Shown: piece by piece, positions 48,448-58,938 of the stretch | Layout of the letters: each line of letters starts with the position of its first letter | Numbering within the stretch: position 1 is the stretch's first letter | Origin: Verrucomicrobiia bacterium | Lineage (GTDB): Bacteria; Verrucomicrobiota; Verrucomicrobiia; Limisphaerales; UBA1319 | Assembly (NCBI GenBank): GCA_963664225.1 | Contig: OY760937.1 | Location: 2,208,001-2,272,000 of the forward strand | Direction: 5' to 3' | Length of the DNA: 64,000 bases | Program-made: the position numbers and the translations under genes | The notes under the pieces: model-generated | Database searches by the model: none | Told to the model about the DNA's origin: nothing | The model's input: only the letters and a program-made list of their open reading frames with translations

Positions 48448-51297
48448 ATGATTGTCCATACTCCATCACTGGCGACGTATTCACGTCTGTTTTCACCAAA
48501 TAATCCCGCGCGGATGGCCCTGGCCTTCATGACGGCCCTGTGGCTGGCCGCGGCCGGCGTCAGCGCCGCGCCTGTGGCGGAGATTCCGCTGCCGGAGCAT
48601 CCACGGCCCGATTTCCAACGGCCTCTTTGGGAGAATTTGAACGGCACATGGGCCTTTAAATTCGACAAGGAAAACGCGGGCGAAAAAGGAGAATGGTTCA
48701 AGGATGCGGCAGGGTTCCCGGACAAGATTCTGGTGCCCTTCCCCTGGGGTTCGAAACTCTCGGGACTCGAGGACAAGGCGGACATTGGCTGGTATGCGCG
48801 CACCATCAAGGTGCCGGAGGCCTGGCGCGGTCAGCGGGTGTTCCTGGTGGTGGGCGCGAGCGATTGGCTGACGAGCGGCTGGCTCGACGGTCAGAGCGTG
48901 GGTACCAACCGCGGGGGTTACACGCCGTTTGAATTTGAACTGACCTCAACGGTCCAGTTCGGCAAGGATCAATCACTGGTGCTGCGCGTGGATGACACGC
49001 CGCATCCGTTCAAGCTCGAGGGCAAGCAGGGTTACGGGCAGGCCCGGGGTCTGTGGCAGACCGCCTATCTCGAGGCGCGTCCGAAGGTATTCGTCAAAAC
49101 CATGCATTTCACGCCGGACATCGACGCGGGCAAGGTGAATGTTTTGGTCAAGCTCTCGGATGAGGCCACTGAAAATAACAGGTTCAGTCTCAAATTTAAC
49201 ACCGGCGATCAACCCGAAGTGACGCAACCGGTCAAACCGGGTGCGCGCGAGATTCAGTTCGATCTGCCGATCACGAATCAACACCTCTGGTCGCTGGACG
49301 ATCCGTTCCTTTACGAGGTCGAGGCGAAATTCATGGAAGGCAACGAGACCCCTGACCAGGTGGCCTCGTATTTCGGCATGCGCAAGATCAGCGTCGTGAA
49401 ATTTCCATCGACCGGATATCCGTATATCGCGCTGAACAACAAGCCGGTTTATTTGCAGATCACGCTCGATCAGTCCTATCATCCTGAGGGTTTTTACACG
49501 TTCCCGAGCGACGCCTTCATGCGGGATGAGATTCTGCGCTCGAAGCAAATCGGCCTGAACGCCAACCGGATTCACATCAAGGTGGAGGTGCCGCGCAAAC
49601 TTTACTGGGCGGACAAATTGGGATTATTGATCATGGCGGATGTGCCCAACTTCTGGGGCCAGCCCGACGCGGACGCCAGGGCGGAATCTGAAACGGCCCT
49701 GCGCGGCATGGTCCAGCGGGATTACAACCATCCGGCGATTTTCTCCTGGATCACCTTTAACGAGACGTGGGGGTTGTTCGACAAGGACCACAAATACCAG
49801 CCTGAGACGCAGGAGTGGGTGGCCTCGATGTACCGGCTGGCGAAGTCCCTGGATGCCTCGCGGCTGGTGGAAGATAACTCGGCGTGCAACAACGATCATG
49901 TCGTCACCGACATCAATAGCTGGCATTCGTATCTGCCCGGTTACAAGTGGCACGATCACCTGGCCCAGGTTGTGAAGGACACCGTGCCCGGCTCGAAATG
50001 GAACTTCATCGGCGGGCGGACCCAGGGCGAACAGCCGCTGCTGAATAGCGAGTGCGGCAATGTGTGGGGTTACGATGGGAGCACCGGCGATGTGGATTGG
50101 AGCTGGGATTACCACATCATGATGAACGAATTCCGCCGTCAGCCCAAGATCTGCGGATGGCTCTACACGGAGCATCATGACGTCATCAACGAGTGGAACG
50201 GTTATTTCCGATACGATCGCTCGGAGAAATTCACCGGCCTCGAGGCGTTGAATCCGGGAATGAGCCTGAACGATCTGCATGCGCCCTTTTACATCGCCCC
50301 CGGTGGCGAACTTTGCCAGGACGTGAAACCCGGGGACACGGTGAAGGTGCCGGTCTGGGCGTCGTTCATGACCGACCGCGCCCCGGCGGGGCAGTTGGTG
50401 CTGCGCGTTCAATGCTACGGCTGGGACAGCCTGGGCAATCGCGAGTGGTTCGGCCAGAACAGCCAGTCGATCGACTTCGAGCCGTGGATGAGCCGGGAAC
50501 TGACGCCGCTGGAATTCACCATGCCTGACAAGCGCGCGTTGGTGGTCATGGACATCACGCTGGAAGACGGAGCCGGTGGTGTGCTGCATCGCAATTTCAC
50601 GACGTTCAACGTCACCGATGGCCCGGCGCCCCGCACGGAAACCGTGGAAATGGGCGGCCGACATGCGACGATCGTGCGGTTTGCGCCCGATACGTTCAAG
50701 AGCGCCAAGTGGTCGCTCAAGCAATGGAATGTGCTCGATGGCGCGAAGGTCAACGGGGCTGGTTCGGGTTATTTCGAATATCGCCTGCCGTGGCCGGAAG
50801 GCCTGGACCTGGCGAAAATCTCCGGGGCATCGTTCCGCGCGGAAGTGTCATCCAAGCCTCTATTGGGCAAGGACAAGGAAAAAGACGCCAAAAAAGACGA
50901 TGGCGACTACATGCGCGGCAAGGGATTGCTCGATCCGAGCCAGAATCCCAATTCCTATCCCATGACCGACACGGTGCGTCGGCCCAGCATCGTACAGGTT
51001 CGCGTGAATGGCGTTTCCGCAGGCTCGTTCAACCTGGCGGACGATCCGGCGGATCATCAGGGCATCCTCTCGTGGCACGCCCAAAAACGGGATGGCAAGT
51101 TGCGCGAGGCGGGCACCTACGGCTACCTGATTGAGGCCGCGATTCCCGAGGAAGCGCTCAAGGCGGGCGAGCAAAACAAGGAAATCGTGCTGCGACTTGA
51201 GGTCGATTCCGCGCTGCCCGGCGGTGTGGCGATCTATGGTGAAAACTTTGGACGTTACCCGATGGATCCAACGCTGGTGTTTCAATTGAAGAATTAG
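48448..51297 (+). CDS. Secreted GH2-family glycoside hydrolase; start uncertain
   Basis: PEHPRPDFQR, NLNGTW, YFGMRKI, NHPAIFSWITFNETWG, NSECG. Confidence 0.9.
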   Translation: MIVHTPSLATYSRLFSPNNPARMALAFMTALWLAAAGVSAAPVAEIPLPEHPRPDFQRPLWENLNGTWAFKFDKENAGEKGEWFKDAAGFPDKILVPFPWGSKLSGLEDKADIGWYARTIKVPEAWRGQRVFLVVGASDWLTSGWLDGQSVGTNRGGYTPFEFELTSTVQFGKDQSLVLRVDDTPHPFKLEGKQGYGQARGLWQTAYLEARPKVFVKTMHFTPDIDAGKVNVLVKLSDEATENNRFSLKFNTGDQPEVTQPVKPGAREIQFDLPITNQHLWSLDDPFLYEVEAKFMEGNETPDQVASYFGMRKISVVKFPSTGYPYIALNNKPVYLQITLDQSYHPEGFYTFPSDAFMRDEILRSKQIGLNANRIHIKVEVPRKLYWADKLGLLIMADVPNFWGQPDADARAESETALRGMVQRDYNHPAIFSWITFNETWGLFDKDHKYQPETQEWVASMYRLAKSLDASRLVEDNSACNNDHVVTDINSWHSYLPGYKWHDHLAQVVKDTVPGSKWNFIGGRTQGEQPLLNSECGNVWGYDGSTGDVDWSWDYHIMMNEFRRQPKICGWLYTEHHDVINEWNGYFRYDRSEKFTGLEALNPGMSLNDLHAPFYIAPGGELCQDVKPGDTVKVPVWASFMTDRAPAGQLVLRVQCYGWDSLGNREWFGQNSQSIDFEPWMSRELTPLEFTMPDKRALVVMDITLEDGAGGVLHRNFTTFNVTDGPAPRTETVEMGGRHATIVRFAPDTFKSAKWSLKQWNVLDGAKVNGAGSGYFEYRLPWPEGLDLAKISGASFRAEVSSKPLLGKDKEKDAKKDDGDYMRGKGLLDPSQNPNSYPMTDTVRRPSIVQVRVNGVSAGSFNLADDPADHQGILSWHAQKRDGKLREAGTYGYLIEAAIPEEALKAGEQNKEIVLRLEVDSALPGGVAIYGENFGRYPMDPTLVFQLKN

Positions 51298-51350
51298 CGG
51301 GAATCCAAACAAGGATATCGACAAAGGATATCAATTTGAGATGGAACAGA

Positions 51351-51380
51351 TTGCGCGGCGAAAGTCGCGCAATTTTTTTT
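51351..51380 (+). terminator. Rho-independent terminator
   Basis: TTGCGCGGC GAAA GTCGCGCAA followed by T8. Confidence 0.8.
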
Positions 51381-51385
51381 GAAAG

Positions 51386-51461
<76 letters not shown>

Positions 51462-51869
51462 AACCAACTAACCATGAAGCAATTACAGCAACGCTGCAAC
51501 CTCTGTCTGCATCCATTCAGGCTGACCATTGCGGAATGAAGGCCATACCACGCAATGCAACGAGCCTGACTTTGCTTCAAAGCTCGGACACAATAGCGCA
51601 AGCCATCGCCGCGAGGCAAGCGCTAAAAACGCAGATTTAATCGGGAATATGGCGGATTCCAATGCCGCCAAACCATCGGTTCTCAATTGGAGTGTTGGGA
51701 ACTGAGTGTGAAACCACTCATGGCGCCGCAAGCATCCGGCGGCATTACGGAAAACCAACGACAACGGGACGGACACCGTGAAGAAGGAGCGGCAAAAAGA
51801 GTCTAACGCGGGAAGGACCGCGAAGAATAACGGTGGTTAAACAGCATGGGGCAGAGATTTTGCACGGCG

Positions 51870-53021
51870 TTATGGAAGTGAGGCTGTTTTGGTTTCGCCA
51901 GAAAACTGTCGTGCAAAAGCGAAAAGGTGGTCGGCAATCTCCTGGTTGGATTGTTCTTTTGTTTCCTCGCCTTTGGCGAAACGCTCAAAATGCCGTGCAA
52001 TGATTTTCAGGGACCGAATACCCCGTGTGGAATCAGCGACCATGGCATTGTTAAAGGCGACGTTTAAGGGGGTGAGGGCAATCGCCTCCAGGAGATCAAG
52101 GGCCGCGAGGTGCGCATCAATGCCAACCTTGTCCTGACACGCGGATTCGAAAACCTTCGCATCGCAAGGGCCGCCTCCGAATAGCGCGCCAAACTGGTCC
52201 ACCCTGCGCCTTAAGTTCTCCTCCTCCTCAGCGGGTGAGGCTGCAAACGCCCGCTCGAGGCGCCTGAAAGAGTAATATGCGGCACAGAAATCCCTGTTCT
52301 GAAGGATGTGTTCAAATACCTGCAGCCCGAAGAGGCCCTGGTCGAGCATGAATGGCATGAGGTTCTCGCGGTCGATTTCCGTGCCAAGAATGAACATTGC
52401 CGTAGCAATAAATGACCTGACGTGGGCTTTGTTTCCAGAGAGTTCGTTCACCAAGGCGACACTCTCCTGCTGGGCGATGGACGGAGAAGCGAATCCCATA
52501 AGGTGCTCAAAAAGAGACCGAAAAAGCCTGACGGTCAGCGCCATGTTTCGAACGAGCAGCGGGTTGAGGCTCTGGAGGGCGCTTTCCTGTGCAGAACCCG
52601 GGGACACCCTGGCATCCGACGGTGTGGCGGTCGGACTGGCCCAGCTCGCGGCCAGGGTCTTTACCGCGGTCTGCTGATGGGCCGGGCCTGAGTATGCCGA
52701 TGGCTGAGCGGCCGCTGAGTTTTCAGAATCTCCAGGGTTGACGAGCACATTGAAGAGGACCCGGGTGCCATCGAAAACACGGGCCACATGCGTTGTCACG
52801 GATGGCTCTCCCGAGATCATGATGAACCGTTGCGGGCCGATAAGGGCGGCAATGTTTTGCGGGTCTTTAAACAAGGCATCGTCAATGTCAGCCAGTTTGC
52901 TTATCTCGCCCAGACCTTCCTTGACGCTCCTTTGGCTGGAAGATCCCGCCATCCTCCTCTTCAATTCCGATGTGTTCTCAAGCAATCTGAGAAAGTTATG
53001 CAGTGCTTTAAGTGTTGTCAT
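51870..53021 (-). CDS. Hypothetical protein, mostly helical
   Basis: Long open frame, no motif recognised. Confidence 0.65.
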   Translation of the reverse strand: MTTLKALHNFLRLLENTSELKRRMAGSSSQRSVKEGLGEISKLADIDDALFKDPQNIAALIGPQRFIMISGEPSVTTHVARVFDGTRVLFNVLVNPGDSENSAAAQPSAYSGPAHQQTAVKTLAASWASPTATPSDARVSPGSAQESALQSLNPLLVRNMALTVRLFRSLFEHLMGFASPSIAQQESVALVNELSGNKAHVRSFIATAMFILGTEIDRENLMPFMLDQGLFGLQVFEHILQNRDFCAAYYSFRRLERAFAASPAEEEENLRRRVDQFGALFGGGPCDAKVFESACQDKVGIDAHLAALDLLEAIALTPLNVAFNNAMVADSTRGIRSLKIIARHFERFAKGEETKEQSNQEIADHLFAFARQFSGETKTASLP

Positions 53022-53085
53022 GGCGATGCGCTTGTTTTGTTTCCGGGGATAAGGGCGGTGTTTTGCAAATGATCGCCGCCGATTT

Positions 53086-53310
53086 CTATTCGGTATAAAA
53101 CAGGGTGCAGAAAATGACGATGGATGATTCGTCCGTTTTGGGCATGGCATTCGGCTCGGCGGGCGACACCAGAGTGCTCATATGTGTCCTCACCAAATGC
53201 AGATTCGGATGTTCTTCCAGGAATTGGTTGAGCGGCACTTCAAGGGCCGAGACAGGCGACAAGCCTGGGCGCAGCCTTTCCAGATTGATTTCGAATATTT
53301 TTACTTTCAT
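53086..53310 (-). CDS. Small hypothetical protein
   Basis: GGAGAG RBS, MKVKIFE start, 74 aa. Confidence 0.6.
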   Translation of the reverse strand: MKVKIFEINLERLRPGLSPVSALEVPLNQFLEEHPNLHLVRTHMSTLVSPAEPNAMPKTDESSIVIFCTLFYTE

Positions 53311-53363
53311 GGATTCACTCTCCCCTATTTCGTTTGGACTGGAATGTCGCCGGCATTGAAAGA

Positions 53364-53594
53364 TCAATGTCTGACTGGCCTGATTTCCATCGTAAGAATT
53401 CCCAGTATGGCAGGAATCGCCACAAACGCGGCACCGACTATCACCAACAACGCATGGAAAGCCACAAAGAGCACAAGGCCCAGAGCGAATAGCGCTCCGC
53501 TAACAATCGCCATTGAACGATGCGCCAGCCCCTCCAGTCCAGCCCCCACCATCATGACCAAAAGGATGCGTCTGATGTTTCTAATTGCAGTCAT
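53364..53594 (-). CDS. Small hydrophobic hypothetical protein
   Basis: 76 aa, strongly hydrophobic. Confidence 0.45.
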   Translation of the reverse strand: MTAIRNIRRILLVMMVGAGLEGLAHRSMAIVSGALFALGLVLFVAFHALLVIVGAAFVAIPAILGILTMEIRPVRH

Positions 53595-53614
53595 AAAGAT
53601 AAATGAAACAGTTT

Positions 53615-54043
53615 TTACCCAACACCCTTCTGCCCAGTCGGAGTGCCGGATCCGCGGCGGGTAAGGCCGCCAAGTTGCAGCTTGTTCTTGACGCGTTCCG
53701 CGCGCTTGAGCTGCCGGGCCTTGACTCGGTGTGCAAGATAACCGGCTGCCTTGAGCAGTGCGGCCTGGATGGTATCGCCGATGGCCTGGGAACGCAGCGC
53801 CCGTCCGCGGAGCAGCAGCAGCGCCTGACGCTTTCGGCGTGTATCCCCGGTGTGAATTCCTGGTCCAGGAACTTCCATCCGGATTTTCACGCTAAATGCC
53901 GGTCTGGCTGCCCGCTGGCGCTCGCGGACCAAGGCTGCGAAAGCAATTGAGATCGGGCTATCCAAATGATTGAGCTGTTTCTCAACATGTTGCTTCCAGG
54001 CGGCCGGAGCGTTGATGCCATTATGGCGAAGCGTGATCTTCAT
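53615..54043 (-). CDS. HPF/RaiA-like ribosome-associated protein (divergent)
   Basis: MKITLRH..HVEKQL..FSVKIRMEVPGP..DTIQAALLKA pattern, very basic. Confidence 0.55.
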   Translation of the reverse strand: MKITLRHNGINAPAAWKQHVEKQLNHLDSPISIAFAALVRERQRAARPAFSVKIRMEVPGPGIHTGDTRRKRQALLLLRGRALRSQAIGDTIQAALLKAAGYLAHRVKARQLKRAERVKNKLQLGGLTRRGSGTPTGQKGVG

Positions 54044-54217
54044 AGGATGGAGGTCGCAGGGTGTAAAATGGTTTTATTACTTTTGAATATGGCGGATCGA
54101 CACCCGATCACGATGACACAGCCCCACGGGCCGGAGTCTCCTCCGCAAACCAAGTTCATCATTCCCGCGGAGAATGGAGTCCGAGAATACCTTGCGAATG
54201 CCGGGCATGCTGCCCGA

Positions 54218-54424
54218 TCAACCTTCCTTGGAGCCGCGAAACGTGCCGAAGAGTCCCAACATTGCCAGGATGATGCCTCCGATAAGCATCCAGACAGCCT
54301 TATCAGTGGGTGACCCGGTAAAGAACCGGGAAACGTCGGAGCTGAAAGAGTTCGTGGCATTGATCCCAAAGATCATGAGGACGATGCCGCCGATGAGCAG
54401 TGCCACGGAAATGGGTTTATTCAT
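54218..54424 (-). CDS. DUF3185-like small membrane protein
   Basis: SFSSDVSRFFTGSPTDKAVWMLIGG. Confidence 0.85.
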   Translation of the reverse strand: MNKPISVALLIGGIVLMIFGINATNSFSSDVSRFFTGSPTDKAVWMLIGGIILAMLGLFGTFRGSKEG

Positions 54425-54485
54425 AGGATTCGCGTGAAATTGTGTTTGTGATTGGCGGGCTTGCGCTGAGTTTCTGATCCAGCGG

Positions 54486-54635
54486 TCATACGCGTCCGCG
54501 ACCGGAAATGAAGCTGGCCAGTATCAAGACTACAGCCACCACCAGGAGGATGTGAATGAATCCACCGATCGTGTAACTGCTTACAAGACCCAGCAGCCAC
54601 AGAACCAGGAGTATTACGGCAATTGTGTATATCAT
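54486..54635 (-). CDS. lmo0937-family small membrane protein
   Basis: TIAVILLVLWLLGLVSSYTIGGFIHILLV. Confidence 0.88.
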   Translation of the reverse strand: MIYTIAVILLVLWLLGLVSSYTIGGFIHILLVVAVVLILASFISGRGRV

Positions 54636-54830
54636 AGCAGTTTTCCTCGAATTAGTTTTGTCAGATTGGCTGGGTGGCGCGTTTTCCCGCGTCAACCCAC
54701 ATTGAGTTTTCTGGCGATTGTGCCGCCGCCACTAAACAGTCAGCAGATATTTTGATTGTTATCATCTGGACACAGAGCGTCTTGCCGTCAGGCACATGCC
54801 CTGGTGAGCAATGTCGATGCGTCACACATT

Positions 54831-54974
54831 TCACTTCGTGCCTTCCTGAATTCCCTGTCCGGCTTTCTCGACATCCTTGCCAAATCCGTTGGCTGTCTGA
54901 CAGCCGGAGCCAAGGACGGCCAGGAAAGCGGCAACGAGCAAAAGGAGAACCGTTTTTGTGAAAGCAAAGCTCAT
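54831..54974 (-). CDS. Entericidin EcnA/B-family lipoprotein (47 aa, absent from the ORF track)
   Basis: Hand translation MSFAFTKTVLLLLVAAFLAVLGSGCQTANGFGKDVEKAGQGIQEGTK. Confidence 0.85.
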   Translation of the reverse strand: MSFAFTKTVLLLLVAAFLAVLGSGCQTANGFGKDVEKAGQGIQEGTK

Positions 54975-55010
54975 AGGACAGTCAGTATTGGTTGCGATTT
55001 CACAAAGCCT

Positions 55011-55487
55011 TTATGGCGCAATTTTCTCGCTCAGCCATTGACGAGACTGCTGGAAACCATCCTTCAATGATTCATAGGCTTTTTTGCTGGTGCTTTTAAC
55101 GGAGTCCCATGTGGACTCGGTGGCGTCGTTGACGGCGTCCAGTTGTTTGGTCAATTGGGCGGCCTGTTCGCGCAGAGCCTGAAGCTTGGGTTTGGCTTCG
55201 GCTTTGACTTCGTCCTTGGATTTTTCGATTTTAGCTTCGAGGTCATCCATGTCCTTGTTGATCTCAGCCAACTGCGCCTTCATTTTTTCGCTGAATTCGG
55301 CTTTTTGCGCAAAAGTGTAATCCTTCATGTCCTGCGCGGCGACTTTCACATCGGCTTTGACCTTATCCAGCTGTTGGGACGTGGTGGGAGCCTTGTCGAT
55401 CGGGGGAGCCGAGGTTTGTTTGTTATCGCAGCCGACTGCAAAAGCGGCGACGCAAAGCATCGTGAGTGTTATTGTTTTGTGTTTCAT
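55011..55487 (-). CDS. Helical coiled-coil lipoprotein
   Basis: Lipobox AVGC, Lys/Glu/Ala-rich helices, ESTWDSVK. Confidence 0.8.
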   Translation of the reverse strand: MKHKTITLTMLCVAAFAVGCDNKQTSAPPIDKAPTTSQQLDKVKADVKVAAQDMKDYTFAQKAEFSEKMKAQLAEINKDMDDLEAKIEKSKDEVKAEAKPKLQALREQAAQLTKQLDAVNDATESTWDSVKSTSKKAYESLKDGFQQSRQWLSEKIAP

Positions 55488-55619
55488 AGCGTGATCTTGG
55501 ATTGTCTTTGAGTTGTTGGTTCGCATGCCAACTGTGTGAAGGTAGGCCATCTGAAGACCCTGTGCAATGGGGTGTAACCCTACCGGGGGCATTCCTGGAA
55601 TCGCCAGAAATCGGGAAGC

Positions 55620-57098
55620 TCACAATCCCAGCACCTTGCACGTTTTTCGAAAGTGGTAGCCGTAGATGGAAAGGGTTACGGCCTGCTGGAACAAGCCGGG
55701 GCGGCGGAAGGATGTCCAAAGCAACAAATACCAATACTGAAAGCGTTCACGCCCAAAAATGCCGAGTTGAAGACAGGCTTGAAGAAAGGCCATGACATAC
55801 CGCCAATTCAACGAATCGGAGGTTTGTGGCCGCTTGTACTCGCGCAGAAAGGTGCGAATCCTTTTATAATAAGGCCCCGGCGCATAAAGGTAATCCATGA
55901 GGCTCCGGTAGCCTTCTCGCAACTTGTCATGGCTCATGCGCGGACGAAAGTTGGTTGTTCCATCCAGGTTATTGCCGGTGGAATGCCCAATTAGGCGGCC
56001 CTCCATGTTCAACCTCTGGTGAAGTTTCGTGCCGGGCAACGCCTGCAATATGCCGACCATGGCCGTGACGATGCCGCTTTTCTGAATGAACTCGATCTGA
56101 CGCGCAAAGGTCGTGGGTGTGTCGCTATCAAACCCAACGATGAATCCGCCCTGGACCTCCAATCCCGTTCGCTGGATGCGTTTTACATCGGCGATCAGGT
56201 TGCGCTTCTGGTTCTGGCGTTTGTTGCACTCCGCCAGACCGGCCTCTTCCGGTGTCTCGATACCGATAAAAACCTGGTTGAACCCGGCTTCCACCATGAG
56301 GCACATCAGTTCCTGATCGTCCGCCAGATTGATGGATGCCTCAGTTGAAAACTGCGTGCCGCGATTTCCTTTGTGCCATTGGGCCAGTGCAGGCAGCAAT
56401 TCCTCTTTCAGCTCCCGTTTGTTACCGATGAAATTATCGTCCACGAAAAAGACATTGCCGCGCCAGCCAGCCCGGTGAAGGCCGTCCAACTCGGCGATCA
56501 CCTGAGCTGTTGTCTTGGTGCGCGGACGATGCCCGAACATCGCGGTGATGTTGCAGAACTCGCAGTCGAACGGGCAGCCGCGGGAAAACTGCACGCACAT
56601 CGAAGCATAACATCTCAAGTCCGCCAGGTTCCATAATGGCGCTGGTGTATTGCGGATGTCAGGAAACTCAGAGGCCGTATAAGTGCGCCGCGCGCCGCCG
56701 CATGCGAAGTCCCGCAGAAAATCCGGAAGAGTCACCTCGGCCTCGTTCAGAACGAAATGATCCACTTCGGGAAACCGTTCATATTCAAGAGTGAACAGCG
56801 GGCCCCCCGCCACGATCCTCTTGCCCGCCGTGTGGCAGCGTCCGATCAACTCGCGCGCCGAGTCCTGCTGGACAATCATGCCGCTGATAAAAACGATGTC
56901 GGCCCAATCGAGATCCTTTTCGTGGAGTTTGCGCACATTAACGTCAACGAGTCGTTTCTCCCAATCGGGTGGCAGCATTGCAGCCACGGTGAGCAGACCC
57001 AGGGGCGGCAGCGAGGCTTTCTTGTGAATGAATTTCAACGCGTGTTTAAAACTCCAGAAAGTGTCGGGGAACTCCGGGTATAGCAGCAAGACCTTCAC
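55620..57098 (-). CDS. B12-binding radical SAM protein (DUF4070 type)
   Basis: PPLGLLTVAA, RGCPFDCEFC, FVDDNFIGN, GGFIVGFDSD. Confidence 0.92.
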   Translation of the reverse strand: MKVLLLYPEFPDTFWSFKHALKFIHKKASLPPLGLLTVAAMLPPDWEKRLVDVNVRKLHEKDLDWADIVFISGMIVQQDSARELIGRCHTAGKRIVAGGPLFTLEYERFPEVDHFVLNEAEVTLPDFLRDFACGGARRTYTASEFPDIRNTPAPLWNLADLRCYASMCVQFSRGCPFDCEFCNITAMFGHRPRTKTTAQVIAELDGLHRAGWRGNVFFVDDNFIGNKRELKEELLPALAQWHKGNRGTQFSTEASINLADDQELMCLMVEAGFNQVFIGIETPEEAGLAECNKRQNQKRNLIADVKRIQRTGLEVQGGFIVGFDSDTPTTFARQIEFIQKSGIVTAMVGILQALPGTKLHQRLNMEGRLIGHSTGNNLDGTTNFRPRMSHDKLREGYRSLMDYLYAPGPYYKRIRTFLREYKRPQTSDSLNWRYVMAFLQACLQLGIFGRERFQYWYLLLWTSFRRPGLFQQAVTLSIYGYHFRKTCKVLGL

Positions 57099-57133
57099 TG
57101 GCTATAATAGTGCTTCAGAAAAATCCGTTCGCC

Positions 57134-57151
57134 ATGGGGTGTTTACCCCAT
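57134..57151. promoter_or_regulatory. Palindromic operator-like site
   Basis: ATGGGGT GTTT ACCCCAT. Confidence 0.7.
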
Positions 57152-57529
57152 ATACATGGGAATGAAATTATCCGATGTTTGCTTTGAATCGGCGGCTTGC
57201 GGTTGCGCGGCAAAGCAATTCGGAAAACTGCGTCGGAGATTTCATGGCCACAGGAAACAAGGATTGACCGGCCTGGCAAAACGGCATGGGACAGCGCTGC
57301 GAATACTCTGAAGCGGGGTGCGGGTGTACATGTTCGAGTTCAAGCAAAAGGCCTGGAGCCATAAGGAGCCACAGGAATTAAATCGCCAATACCCGGCAAC
57401 AGGTGGTAAGGTTGAGATGGTTCGTTATGCTAGTCTGGAGTCTGAGCGAGGTTCTGGCTTTGAAATTCTGCTGCCAAGAGGAACAGAACCCAGACGACGG
57501 AGTTCGTTAAAAAGACAACTTGGAAATTT

Positions 57530-58207
57530 ATGAAACGAATCACTGTTTTGGTCGCGGAGGATCACATGATTGTACGCGAGGGATTTCGCAAAATTCTTGA
57601 ACTGGAAAACGATCTTGAAGTCGTTGGCGAAGCCCAGGACGGGCGCCAGGCTGTTGTCTTGACCAAACAACTTCACCCCGCAGTGGTATTGATGGACATT
57701 GCGATGCCCCTGCTCAATGGTTTGGAAGCCACCCGACAGTTGCTCAAAAGCGAGCCTTCCACCAAAGTGCTCATTCTCTCCGCACACAGCGATGACGCAT
57801 ATGTCCAAAAGGCAATCGAATCGGGCGCCGCGGGATTCTTGCTGAAACACACTTCATCCCATGAAGTGTGCCAGGCGATTCGGGAGGTGCATAATGGAAA
57901 ACGATTTTTCAGTCCCTCCATTACCAAACGTCTCGGAGGTTTCAATATGAAATCGGACGGCCACACGGAATCGCCTGATAGGAAGTCCGCATTGCTGACC
58001 TCGCGAGAGATGGAAGTGCTCCAACTGATTGCCGAAGGCAAGGCCAACAAGGAAACCGCATCGGAGTTGGGAATCAGCATTAAAACCGTCGAAAAACATC
58101 GTGAGAAACTCATGAGCAAGCTTAACATTCATGACACCGCCGGACTTACCCGCTACGCCATAGGCGCAGGCATCATTGAAAGCAGCGTCCAATTAACCAT
58201 CGTGTGA
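57530..58207 (+). CDS. NarL/LuxR-family response regulator
   Basis: AEDH, MDIAMP, LTSREMEVLQLIAEG..KTVEKHR. Confidence 0.95.
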   Translation: MKRITVLVAEDHMIVREGFRKILELENDLEVVGEAQDGRQAVVLTKQLHPAVVLMDIAMPLLNGLEATRQLLKSEPSTKVLILSAHSDDAYVQKAIESGAAGFLLKHTSSHEVCQAIREVHNGKRFFSPSITKRLGGFNMKSDGHTESPDRKSALLTSREMEVLQLIAEGKANKETASELGISIKTVEKHREKLMSKLNIHDTAGLTRYAIGAGIIESSVQLTIV

Positions 58208-58313
58208 CGTCGGACGGTGTTGCAGTTTAATGGCTTACTCTGACTGGTCCAGGACGTCGGCGCACTGCCACCTGTGGCTTGTTGTCGCTAATCGTTATCG
58301 TCAAGAATCTCCA

Positions 58314-58331
58314 ATAGGGTGTACACCCCAT
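58314..58331. promoter_or_regulatory. Palindromic operator-like site
   Basis: ATAGGGT GTAC ACCCCAT. Confidence 0.65.
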
Positions 58332-58368
58332 GGTGCGGGCATGGTTTATCGGTTTAGTTTAACATGCG

Positions 58369-58878
58369 ATGAATATTATTCACGGGTTACCAGTGTGCGA
58401 ATCGGTCGGCAAGCGAGTGGATCCCCAAGCGAAGCTTCCTTATCGGGTTCTTGTGGTGGAAGACGACATTGATATCCGACTCATCGACGCCGAGGTACTG
58501 CAGCGATCGGGTTACCTTGTGGATACCGCTGAAGATGGCGAAGCAGGTTGGAAGGCGCTTCATGAGGCCACGAATACCCCGAACTGCTACCACCTCCTGA
58601 TCACGGATTGCAACATGCCACGATTGACAGGGCTGGACCTGATTAAAAGGCTTCGCGCCGCCCATATCAAAATGCCAGTGATCATGGCCACGGGAACCTT
58701 TCCAGAAGAGGAATTCAACCGACTTCACTGGCTACAGCCCGCCGCCCTGCTCCTGAAGCCATATTCGATCAGTGAACTGATAGACACGGCAGGTGAAATG
58801 CTGTTTGCAGATTCTGCCAACGGCAAGCAGGCTGCGCGCCTGCAAAAGTACCATAGCCCACTTTCATCCCCTCTTTGA
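58369..58878 (+). CDS. Single-domain response regulator
   Basis: VLVVEDD, ITDCNMP, LLKPY. Confidence 0.9.
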   Translation: MNIIHGLPVCESVGKRVDPQAKLPYRVLVVEDDIDIRLIDAEVLQRSGYLVDTAEDGEAGWKALHEATNTPNCYHLLITDCNMPRLTGLDLIKRLRAAHIKMPVIMATGTFPEEEFNRLHWLQPAALLLKPYSISELIDTAGEMLFADSANGKQAARLQKYHSPLSSPL

Positions 58879-58938
58879 GATGAGGTTGCCCGCGCCCAGC
58901 AGGGATTTTTTGCTCGATTCGCTCATTTCCCACTCTCC

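Noticed and set aside
19875..51324. Many long antisense or shifted-frame ORFs over GC-rich genes
   Set aside because: Expected shadow ORFs from high GC3; the primary frames carry clear family motifs.
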